Origin: an uncultured euryarchaeote
Lineage (GTDB): Archaea; Thermoplasmatota; Poseidoniia; Poseidoniales; Poseidoniaceae
Direction: 5' to 3'
DNA length: 64,000 nt
Assembly (NCBI GenBank): GCA_937899865.1
Contig: CALBRH010000051.1
Span: forward strand, 64,001 to 128,000
Part shown: one piece after another, positions 38,662 through 47,458 of the stretch
Layout: every line of letters starts with the position of its first letter
Numbering within the stretch: the first letter of the stretch is position 1
Notes under the pieces: model-generated
What the model was told of the DNA's origin: nothing
What the model saw: the letters and a program-made list of their open reading frames with translations, nothing else
Database searches by the model: none
Translations under genes and position numbers: made by a program

Positions 38662-39141
38662 CTAACAATCAACTTCATTGTATTCTTTACTCTTACACCA
38701 ATCAAGTAAATCAATCGCAACTTCACATGATTCTGATATTTCTGGCATTTGATGATTTACAAATTGTTCAAGAATAGGTCTAACAGAATAATCACCTATT
38801 GCACCTAAAGCTTCAGCAGCTTCATGCCTTACCATTACGTGTTCAGACTCATTACTTAGCACATCAATCAATGTTGGTATTGCAACCTGATTTTGCATTT
38901 GACCTAACACATATGCTACTTCATGGCGAAGTAAAGCACTATCAGAATTGAATCCAGAACATAATGCTAAGCATGCTGTATCAGAACCGTTATTTCTAAG
39001 TGCGAAAACATTTCTCATCCTCTGAAACATTGGAACATTTGAATCAGTAAGAGAATTTTCCCAATCAATTATTTCTCCATGCATTAAAGGTGGAGCTGGG
39101 TCTACAGACCCATATTGGCTTACTTTTGGTTTGTTATTCAT
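38662..39141 (-). CDS. Half-length deoxyhypusine hydroxylase-like HEAT-repeat protein
   Basis: PMFQRMRNVFALRN, SALLRHEVAYVLGQMQ, VMVRHEAAEALGAIG, ESCEVAID: these correspond to one DOHH dyad with two HE motifs 33 aa apart. Confidence 0.85.
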   Translation of the reverse strand: MNNKPKVSQYGSVDPAPPLMHGEIIDWENSLTDSNVPMFQRMRNVFALRNNGSDTACLALCSGFNSDSALLRHEVAYVLGQMQNQVAIPTLIDVLSNESEHVMVRHEAAEALGAIGDYSVRPILEQFVNHQMPEISESCEVAIDLLDWCKSKEYNEVDC

Positions 39142-40022
39142 TCAACTGCCCCAATAAACTTAATTTTACTTACATCAAAGTTTGAATCAATAAGCCCAAT
39201 TTTTTGCCCTTCCAAAAGGAATTGCCTTATTGAAGCTCTACCATCTTCTCGATAATCAATTGTCCTATCATTAACGTACATTGTTACGAACTTTCGGTTA
39301 GTATCATCATCAATTCCTCGACCCCATTTTTTGGCAAATTCCAATGCTTCATCTGGATTATCGATAGCATACTCAATACTTTTTTTTGTGTACATTGTTA
39401 TATCTTCCATCATTTTTTTACCAAGATCTCTTCTTACAACATTACCGCCAAGGGGCATGGGGAAATTACTTGTTTTGTTATTCCACCATTTCCCGATATC
39501 GATTAATACTTCTAGATTATAATCAACATAGGTTAATTGCCCTTCATGAATAATTAGTCCAGATAGATAAGTACCATCAAGAATTCGTGGGATAATTTCA
39601 TCAAAAGGAACTACCTCAACATCAACATCACCCCATGCTAACCTCAAACCTAAATAGGCACTAGTTTTCAAACCTGGAACTGCAATCTTAGATTGTTTTA
39701 CTTGTTCAACACTAACTCCTGATTTAGCCACTATCATTGGACCATATCCCTCCCCCATAGAAGCACCACAATTCATTAAACTGTAATTCTCTGCGATATC
39801 AGGAAATGCGTGAATAGAAACCGCTGAAACTTCTAATTCCTGATTCATTGCACGATGGTTAAGAGTTTCAATATCTTGTAACTCATGAACGAAATGATAT
39901 CCTGGAGTTGGAAACTTACCATTAGTCATAGCATGAAACATAAATGCATCATCTGGGTCAGGAGAGTGTCCAATTCTAACAATGTAATTGCCATGCTCAT
40001 CTTGCTCAAGTTGGTTGGACAT
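39138..40022 (-). CDS. mqnD: 1,4-dihydroxy-6-naphthoate synthase (futalosine pathway)
   Basis: IGHSPDPDDAFMFHA, DIETLN, GYGP, LIIHEGQLTY (catalytic His), PMPLGG. Confidence 0.92.
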   Translation of the reverse strand: MSNQLEQDEHGNYIVRIGHSPDPDDAFMFHAMTNGKFPTPGYHFVHELQDIETLNHRAMNQELEVSAVSIHAFPDIAENYSLMNCGASMGEGYGPMIVAKSGVSVEQVKQSKIAVPGLKTSAYLGLRLAWGDVDVEVVPFDEIIPRILDGTYLSGLIIHEGQLTYVDYNLEVLIDIGKWWNNKTSNFPMPLGGNVVRRDLGKKMMEDITMYTKKSIEYAIDNPDEALEFAKKWGRGIDDDTNRKFVTMYVNDRTIDYREDGRASIRQFLLEGQKIGLIDSNFDVSKIKFIGAVE

Positions 40023-40153
40023 GATTATCCCAAATTATCGACCTTCAATAACCATCCGTTTGAATTTAAATCAATATATTGTAATTCGACTTATTTATTG
40101 GCTGTTCGGGTATATATTCAAGTAGTTAACAATCTACGAGCAACTGATTACTA

Positions 40154-42385
40154 ATGTATGGCAGAAGAAACGCCACCTTAATTGTGGTGATTTTTGCTAT
40201 TATGTGTGCCCCAATTGCTAACGCATCATCCTCTGGAATGAATTTTATTGAAACTACAGTCTCAAACAAATCAGATGCACGTATAAATTCCGTAACAGTA
40301 AACGAAAATAGTACAATTATTGCCAGTTCATATGGCACATATGTTGAGTTTCATAATACTACAACTCTTGACTTAATTGAACGCTTTAATTTTGGTAAAG
40401 AAATATATCACATTGAATTCTCTCCGAGTGGAAAAGATGTTGCTGTTAGCCTTGTTGCCACACAAGCTATACCTGATTCAATTCAATTGATTGATGTAGA
40501 ACAATTGGTAATCAAAGATAAAAAATCTAGAGGTAATGATCGCCCAGGAAATTTAGATTGGTCGCCTAATGGAACTAGGATTGTTGTCCCCAATATGAAT
40601 AATGGTGCACAAGTTTTGGATTCTTCAAGTATGAATGAATTATTCTTGTTAAATGGAGTGCATACTTCGGATGTTACTTGCGTATCATTTTCTAAGACTG
40701 GAAATTATATTATTACAGGTGATGAAAATGGCAAATTAAAATTGTGGGATAATGAAGGAGAACCACAAAATCTTGAAATTGAAGTCGGGGAGGAAATTAC
40801 TGGCTGTGATTTCAGTAGCATGGATGCAAAAATAGCATTTTCTACCAAATCAGGTAACATATTTTCTTACACACTAACTGGGACTTCACTTCAATCTAGA
40901 GACTTAGGAGATAATTATGGATTGAAGTGGTCTCAAAATAATGATATACTATATGTTTTAAACTCAGATAATAAGCCAAAATTATTAGCATTGGATGGTT
41001 CAACTTTTGAGATTATCCATTCTACTAGTTTATTACATAAATCATTAGATTTTTCAATGGAAGAATCTAATGGTTTGCTTTCCAAGTTCTATGTAGCAAC
41101 AGATACAAATCATGTTGCGATTTATGGAACTCCAACATACCCTAATGGATATGGACTTATGGGTTCAGATTTAGATGGTGATAATATCCCTGATACTTTT
41201 GACTTGGATGATGATGGTGATTCATTTTTGGATGATTGGGATTTTAATTGTCTTAACTCAACTATTTGCAGTAGAGAACCAGATTTACAAACTATAAGGT
41301 CAATGGTTATTGATATTAATGAAAATACACTTATTATCGAAGATGTATATACAATGTCATTGATAGACACATATATATTCAGAAATTTGACACGGAAAGC
41401 TATAATCGCTGATGATTTGATAGGTTATGATGAAACAAACTTGATCGAAAACGCATTTTGTGATAATATGGATAAAAATGACTATGTTCAAAAATTAAGA
41501 AGTTCCATTGAATTGTCTGTTGGTCAAGTTACTAATGGCACCATTAACTGTGAAATAATTGATGGATTATTGTTCACTCAAACCTTGGACAAGGAACAAC
41601 TTAAGTTTAGATTTAAAACAATATTTGATGTCTCTCCTAACGTCACATTACCATTGAGTGTCACAATTAACCAACAAATTTCAGTTATTGATTCATCGAT
41701 AACTCATATGGTCGAAAATCACCCGATTTTAATACAGCAAATAGATACAGATGGCGCACTATTGTACACTTTATGGTGGAATTCTGATGTTGCAGAGAAT
41801 CCAAAATTAAACTTTACAGATTTGGAAAAAGAAGAATCAAAAATAAACTCTTTCGTTAAATTAGTTGAAGAAAATCAATTAATCATAGGACTATTTTTAT
41901 GCTCATCTATTATTCTATTATGGCTGATAGTTAGATGGCGAAACCTTTCATCAGTAATTCTAGATGATTCTGAATTTGAAGATTCTAGTGATGATTTGAA
42001 CGAAGATTATGAACAAAATTATAATCAACAATTACAAGTTGATAGTGAAGACATTTCTATTGACAATTCTGATAATTTGACGGCACATGTTAATGATGAA
42101 CCAATTATAGCTGAAGCAATTCCCGGTGAACAGCGACCAATTGATAGAAGAGCTTTTACACTAACTGATAATGAAGAATTTGTTGAACAAAAGGACATAA
42201 AAAGACGTACAGGTAGGACTCAAAGGAATGCACAAGGACCAATTATGAGTACCAAAAGAAAGAGACTAGATGGAAAATTGGATATACCAGGTGAGAAAAT
42301 AATTTCTAAGAAAACATCTGTAAAGAAAGTTGTAGCAAAAAAGGTTAGAAAGGTACGTTCGGTAAAGAAAGATAATCAGAATTGA
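40154..42385 (+). CDS. Signal-peptide-bearing WD40/beta-propeller protein with TSP3-like Ca-binding motif and C-terminal TM anchor
   Basis: N-terminal hydrophobic signal. Repeats such as VTCVSFSKTGNYIITGDENGKLKLWD. DLDGDNIPDTFDLDDDGD motif, one TM near residue 580, basic tail. Confidence 0.8.
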   Translation: MYGRRNATLIVVIFAIMCAPIANASSSGMNFIETTVSNKSDARINSVTVNENSTIIASSYGTYVEFHNTTTLDLIERFNFGKEIYHIEFSPSGKDVAVSLVATQAIPDSIQLIDVEQLVIKDKKSRGNDRPGNLDWSPNGTRIVVPNMNNGAQVLDSSSMNELFLLNGVHTSDVTCVSFSKTGNYIITGDENGKLKLWDNEGEPQNLEIEVGEEITGCDFSSMDAKIAFSTKSGNIFSYTLTGTSLQSRDLGDNYGLKWSQNNDILYVLNSDNKPKLLALDGSTFEIIHSTSLLHKSLDFSMEESNGLLSKFYVATDTNHVAIYGTPTYPNGYGLMGSDLDGDNIPDTFDLDDDGDSFLDDWDFNCLNSTICSREPDLQTIRSMVIDINENTLIIEDVYTMSLIDTYIFRNLTRKAIIADDLIGYDETNLIENAFCDNMDKNDYVQKLRSSIELSVGQVTNGTINCEIIDGLLFTQTLDKEQLKFRFKTIFDVSPNVTLPLSVTINQQISVIDSSITHMVENHPILIQQIDTDGALLYTLWWNSDVAENPKLNFTDLEKEESKINSFVKLVEENQLIIGLFLCSSIILLWLIVRWRNLSSVILDDSEFEDSSDDLNEDYEQNYNQQLQVDSEDISIDNSDNLTAHVNDEPIIAEAIPGEQRPIDRRAFTLTDNEEFVEQKDIKRRTGRTQRNAQGPIMSTKRKRLDGKLDIPGEKIISKKTSVKKVVAKKVRKVRSVKKDNQN

Positions 42386-43212
42386 ATAAATTCGGCACCA
42401 TTTTCAAGTTCACAAGCATCTCTTAAAAATTGATTAAGACCCAAAATATGATCTTCATCTAATCTGTTAAAGACTTCGCTGAAGTACTGATCTAATCTTT
42501 CTACAGAGAGGCCAGAATTTTGTGAAGACAATTTAACAATCTCTTCTCTACGTACAGTGTTAGTCTCAAACTCAGTCAATTGCTCTAGCAAACAGTTGTG
42601 AGCTTGTTTTATACTGGCTTTGGATGTATCTTTTCTAGCAGCAAATACCCCGAAAACCATTGGCTTACCTGTAATTTTTTGCCATTCAAGACCTAAGTCA
42701 AGAACCACTTTTTGAGGATATTTCTTTGATGCATCTAAGGCTCTATCACCAATAATTAAAGCGCCATCCGAAACAGATAGCATACTATCGATATCTGGAC
42801 CCATAACTGTTAGTTTGGGATTCAATCCATTTTGTTTTAATATGAATTTCATAAGTGCAACTGAAGATGATGAATCAGATGGTAAAGAAATACTATTCAT
42901 CTTATTTATTGGCACTGAGCCAAATAGCAATACACTTCCTACTTCGCCTTTAGAACAAATTCCAAGATCTGGAACTAATATCAAGTCATCTGAATTTTTT
43001 GCATAATCAGCAGCAGGAATAGGCGCAATAATACAATCTCTTCTAAGTAAATGGCCAGTCAACCAAGAGGGTGGCGCTGAGAGAATATTCCATTGGTCAC
43101 TAAGTTGAAGAAAAAGTGGGTCACAATTCATAAATGCAACTCTACCAATAGTATTTTTCCAAGAAGAAAATTTACTTACTTTTGAATTAGAATTCGTTAC
43201 TACCATATTCAC
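42376..43212 (-). CDS. mqnA: Chorismate dehydratase (futalosine pathway)
   Basis: IGRVAFMNCDPLF, GEVGSVLLF, SSSSVALMKFIL, LIIGDRAL, DLGLEWQKITGKPMVFGVF. Confidence 0.88.
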   Translation of the reverse strand: MNMVVTNSNSKVSKFSSWKNTIGRVAFMNCDPLFLQLSDQWNILSAPPSWLTGHLLRRDCIIAPIPAADYAKNSDDLILVPDLGICSKGEVGSVLLFGSVPINKMNSISLPSDSSSSVALMKFILKQNGLNPKLTVMGPDIDSMLSVSDGALIIGDRALDASKKYPQKVVLDLGLEWQKITGKPMVFGVFAARKDTSKASIKQAHNCLLEQLTEFETNTVRREEIVKLSSQNSGLSVERLDQYFSEVFNRLDEDHILGLNQFLRDACELENGAEFIQF

Positions 43213-43214
43213 AC

Positions 43215-44423
43215 CTATGTAATTACTTTAAGACGTCTAACACGCTTAGGAGGCTCTATGTTGACAATATTGAATTCAGTATAAATTGTATTTCTTTTTA
43301 CTGGTACAAAACCAGCATCTGTAACGAGTTTTGCCATATGATAAATATCATAATTTAAACTTGAATCTGCGCCTGCTAAGTGCATTATAGATTCTTGACG
43401 AACTGTTCCATCCACATCATCTGCTCCAAAATTTAGAGCCAATTCTGCGACCTCATCACCGATATTCATTCTGTAAGCCTTGATATGCGGGATAGAATCG
43501 AGCATAAGTCTAGAAACTGCAATTGTTCTTAGAATCTCATTAGATGTTGCCAATTGAGCTTCTGGCAATCTTGTTGAATCGGGTAGAAATGGGTATGGAA
43601 CAAAACATTGGAATAAACTGTATTCATCTGCTAATTTTCTTAGTTTATCCATATGAACAAGTCTGTCATTAATTGTCTCAATTGTTCCAAACAACATAGT
43701 ACAATTAGACGGAATACCTAAAGCATGGGCTTGACGATGAATTTCCAAATATTCTTCTGAACTTTCTTTACCATTGCAAATTATTTCTCTAATGCTATCA
43801 TTAAGAATTTCTGCTCCGCCACCTGGAAGAGAATCCAGTCCAGCATTTCTCAATTTGGTCAAGGTTTCATTAAATGAAATTCCACTTTGTTGTGAAAGAT
43901 GTTTGACTTCAACAGCAGTAAGTGCTTTAATTGAAATTTCAGGAAATTTTTCTTTAGCTGAAGAAATTAATTCAACATAGTGATCAACATTCCAATCAGG
44001 ATGTAGCCCCCCTACGGAATGAACCTCATCTATTGATTTGGAAAATTTACTCATCTCTTCAAGATAATTTTCTATTGATAATTCATACGCATCAGATTGT
44101 TTTTTACTACGTCTAAATGCACAGAATTTACAGGCTAAAACACATATATTTGTTTGATTTATATGAACATTAGAATTGAAAAATACATGTTTGCCATATC
44201 TTGCAATCTTTACTAAGTTAGCCAATTGACCGACTTCAAACAAACTACTATGCTGGTACAATATGTGTCCGTCTGATATCGATAATCTCTGTCCATTACC
44301 GAGTTTACTGACTATATCCTTTAGTCCTACACTCCATTGTTTTTCTAGTAACAAAGGACGTAAATTATCCACCCAATTAGAATCATTACCCGCAATATCG
44401 GGCGATGAAATCCAATCAGTCAT
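43215..44423 (-). CDS. mqnE: Aminodeoxyfutalosine synthase (radical SAM, CofH/MqnE family)
   Basis: NQTNICVLACKFCAF, IKALTAVEV, LPGGGAEI, PHIKAY, GADDVDGTV. Adjacent to mqnA. Confidence 0.85.
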   Translation of the reverse strand: MTDWISSPDIAGNDSNWVDNLRPLLLEKQWSVGLKDIVSKLGNGQRLSISDGHILYQHSSLFEVGQLANLVKIARYGKHVFFNSNVHINQTNICVLACKFCAFRRSKKQSDAYELSIENYLEEMSKFSKSIDEVHSVGGLHPDWNVDHYVELISSAKEKFPEISIKALTAVEVKHLSQQSGISFNETLTKLRNAGLDSLPGGGAEILNDSIREIICNGKESSEEYLEIHRQAHALGIPSNCTMLFGTIETINDRLVHMDKLRKLADEYSLFQCFVPYPFLPDSTRLPEAQLATSNEILRTIAVSRLMLDSIPHIKAYRMNIGDEVAELALNFGADDVDGTVRQESIMHLAGADSSLNYDIYHMAKLVTDAGFVPVKRNTIYTEFNIVNIEPPKRVRRLKVIT

Positions 44424-44466
44424 ACCATGGGCTCGTTGCCATACTTCAAATATATATGTACAAAAT

Positions 44467-47367
44467 CTAACGACTATTACCTATGGCAAAAATCTTAGAA
44501 TTTACAATGAATTTTCTAAATTCTTCTATCACTACTACCAAAGACGATACAAAAATTATTATCATCCAATCATTCATTGACAACACTTTTGTAGATAATA
44601 GACCACTTATCTCAAAATTTGTTAATGGTATTGTTACATTTGCTAACTGAACAAAGAATAACAGCAAAGCGAAGGAGGCTAAGAATGCAATATTTATCGC
44701 TTTATTTGAAAACACACCAAGTGAAAATATACTTTCTTCTTGAGACCTACAATTCATCACGTTGAATAATTGAAACATTATGAATACTGAAAGTGTCATA
44801 GTTTGGGCATGAACAAAACGGTCATCTGCATAATTCTCCCATTCAGAGATTGCTGCTTCATCTCCAGCTTGACAAGCAGCTTGATCAAACGGTAAATTAG
44901 TATCTTCAGATAATGGTAATCCACCACATGTCTCAAGCCCACCACCAGCTAAGAAGAAAACCAATAGTGTCCCTGTAACCATTACTGCTCCAAGATAGAA
45001 AATTAGCCAAATATCATTACGATTAGGTAATCCTTCATCTACTGGTCTTGGAGGCCTATTCATTACATTACCATGTTTCTTTTCAACACCTAATGCAACA
45101 GCAGGAGGACCATCCATCAAAATATTAATCACCAAGATTTGAGTAGCAGTAAGTGGTAAATTCCATCCAAAAATCAACGTTGATATTATTATAAGGGATA
45201 CTGCTGCGACATTCGTAGATACTTGATATCTTACGAAGTTACGTATATTTTGGTAAATTTTTCTACCTTCTTCAACTGCATGAACGATATTTGCAAAGTT
45301 ATCGTCTTGAAGCACCATATCTGCTGCATCTTTAGCAACATCAGTACCAGAAATCCCCATTGCTATACCAATATTAGCTCTTGATAGTGCTGGTGCATCA
45401 TTAACACCATCACCCGTCATTGCAACAATCTCGCCTTGGCTTTGTAGTGAACTAACAATTCGCATTTTTTGATCTGGAGCAACTCTAGAAAATATTGTCG
45501 AATTTATCGAAGCCTCATCCATTTCTGCATCTGAAAATTTAGATATTGCACCACCATTAACTGCAGGAATTCCACCATCTGTTATACCCAACTCTTTACC
45601 AATTGCAGTTGCTGTAAATTGCTGATCGCCAGTAATCATTTTTACTTTAATACCTGCATTTTGACAGATTTCAATAGCTTCCTTGACCTCTGGTCTTGGT
45701 GGATCCATTATTCCAATCAATCCAAGGAATATAAGCCCTGATTCTATTTTTTCCATATCGTACATATCTTCATCGTCATCAAGTTTACGAGCACAAAGTG
45801 CTAATACTCTCATTGCTCTTCCAGCCATATCCTTGTTGGCTTCTGTTGCCTTATCGAAGTCAGCAGGCTCAATAGGAACTATTTCATCACCAGATACTTT
45901 CCATTCAACTAAATCGATATATCCGCCAGCACCGCCTTTTGAAAATACCCACTTTTCTCCTTCATACTCATGTATAACAGACATTCGCTTTCGCTTCGTA
46001 TCAAAGAAAAATTCATGAATTCGGCTATGTCTTTGAGCAAATTTTTGTACATCTCCGTTGATCTTCCATCCGGCAACTGCACAGGCTGAATCTGTTGGAT
46101 CACCTAATGCTTCCCAAACTCCATCAGTCTTTTTTATTTGTGAATTATGGCAAAGGCTTAGACAAGCGGCTGCTAATCTAAAACCTAAATTGTTTTGATG
46201 TTTTGATAAATCATCATCTCCTAATGGTTTACCCTCAAGTAATATCTCACCTTTAGGTTTGAATCCTTCTCCAGTAATTTGGAAATTTCCTTCGGTTGTA
46301 GAAATTTGCCTAGCTGTCATCTGATTTTTTGTTAATGTACCAGTTTTATCAGAGCAAATAACTGTGGTGGAACCAAGTGTTTCTACCGCCTTCATTCTAC
46401 GAATTATAGCCTTATGGCGTGCCATATTACGCATTCCTAGTGCTAGTGTAATGACCAAAATAATTGGAAGTCCTTCTGGAACAATCGCTACGAAAATTGC
46501 TATGGCGATAATGAACTGATCAACGGCAGCTTCCCAAATGTCAAGTTTTGGATTACCATAGGCTATAATCATCTCAATTGAAACCAATAATACCGCAACA
46601 ATTAGGGCTATGAATCCAAGGAATTTACCTAAGGATTCTAATTTCAATTCAAGAGGTGTTTTAGGAGTATCTGAACTTGCTATATCACTGGCTATTTTGC
46701 CTAATTGCGTTTTCATTCCTGTTGATACTACTACTCCAACTGCCCTTCCAGTAGCCACACATGTGCCCATGAATGCCATATTTTTCCTATCTGCAAGTAA
46801 TGTATCAAGAGGTAAATTTTCAACAGATTTTTCGATTGTTAATGATTCTCCAGTTAGAGCCGATTCATCAATTCTACATTGATATGATTCCAAAATTCTA
46901 ATATCAGCGGGAACATTTAATCCTTCATATAAATTTACAATGTCACCAGGAACCAATTGCGATGTTGCAATCTCGACATCCGTATCATTTCTAACCACTA
47001 CACATTGTGATACTGACATTTGTTTTAGAGACTCCATAGCCTGTTCTGCTTGACCTTCTTGCCAATAACCAAAATACGCATTTGCTGTTAGAACCATAAA
47101 AATAAAGATTGCATCACCGGGTTCATCTGGATGAATTAAAAGTGCCACTATTGCCGCGCCAATTAACAAATAATTTAGTGGATCATTGTATTGAGATAAA
47201 AACCGTTTCCAACCTGGCACCCTTTCAGGTTCTGCGAGTTTGTTTTCTCCATATTTCTCTCGTCGACGATTGACTTCTTTATTAGAAAGACCTGAACGAT
47301 TAACGTCTAAATCCGCCAAAACTTGATCAGTGCTCAATTGATGCCAATTATCATTCATTATAATCAA
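44467..47367 (-). CDS. P-type II cation-transporting ATPase (Ca2+/Mn2+, SPCA-like)
   Basis: TGES, VPEGLP, DKTGTLT (phosphorylated Asp), KGGAG, MITGD, TGDGVNDAPAL, INILMDGPPA. Confidence 0.95.
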   Translation of the reverse strand: MIIMNDNWHQLSTDQVLADLDVNRSGLSNKEVNRRREKYGENKLAEPERVPGWKRFLSQYNDPLNYLLIGAAIVALLIHPDEPGDAIFIFMVLTANAYFGYWQEGQAEQAMESLKQMSVSQCVVVRNDTDVEIATSQLVPGDIVNLYEGLNVPADIRILESYQCRIDESALTGESLTIEKSVENLPLDTLLADRKNMAFMGTCVATGRAVGVVVSTGMKTQLGKIASDIASSDTPKTPLELKLESLGKFLGFIALIVAVLLVSIEMIIAYGNPKLDIWEAAVDQFIIAIAIFVAIVPEGLPIILVITLALGMRNMARHKAIIRRMKAVETLGSTTVICSDKTGTLTKNQMTARQISTTEGNFQITGEGFKPKGEILLEGKPLGDDDLSKHQNNLGFRLAAACLSLCHNSQIKKTDGVWEALGDPTDSACAVAGWKINGDVQKFAQRHSRIHEFFFDTKRKRMSVIHEYEGEKWVFSKGGAGGYIDLVEWKVSGDEIVPIEPADFDKATEANKDMAGRAMRVLALCARKLDDDEDMYDMEKIESGLIFLGLIGIMDPPRPEVKEAIEICQNAGIKVKMITGDQQFTATAIGKELGITDGGIPAVNGGAISKFSDAEMDEASINSTIFSRVAPDQKMRIVSSLQSQGEIVAMTGDGVNDAPALSRANIGIAMGISGTDVAKDAADMVLQDDNFANIVHAVEEGRKIYQNIRNFVRYQVSTNVAAVSLIIISTLIFGWNLPLTATQILVINILMDGPPAVALGVEKKHGNVMNRPPRPVDEGLPNRNDIWLIFYLGAVMVTGTLLVFFLAGGGLETCGGLPLSEDTNLPFDQAACQAGDEAAISEWENYADDRFVHAQTMTLSVFIMFQLFNVMNCRSQEESIFSLGVFSNKAINIAFLASFALLLFFVQLANVTIPLTNFEISGLLSTKVLSMNDWMIIIFVSSLVVVIEEFRKFIVNSKIFAIGNSR

Positions 47368-47458
47368 CCTTAACTTAACGACGATAAATCAACTTATCAT
47401 ATTGGTGGTGGTTTACCCATTCATTTTGCGATGTTTTGAACAATTAGATAATTTTAGC

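Noticed and set aside
43215-44423. CofH (F420 biosynthesis)
   Set aside because: MqnE-type motifs, adjacency to mqnA and mqnD, and no cofG/cofC/cofD in the window.
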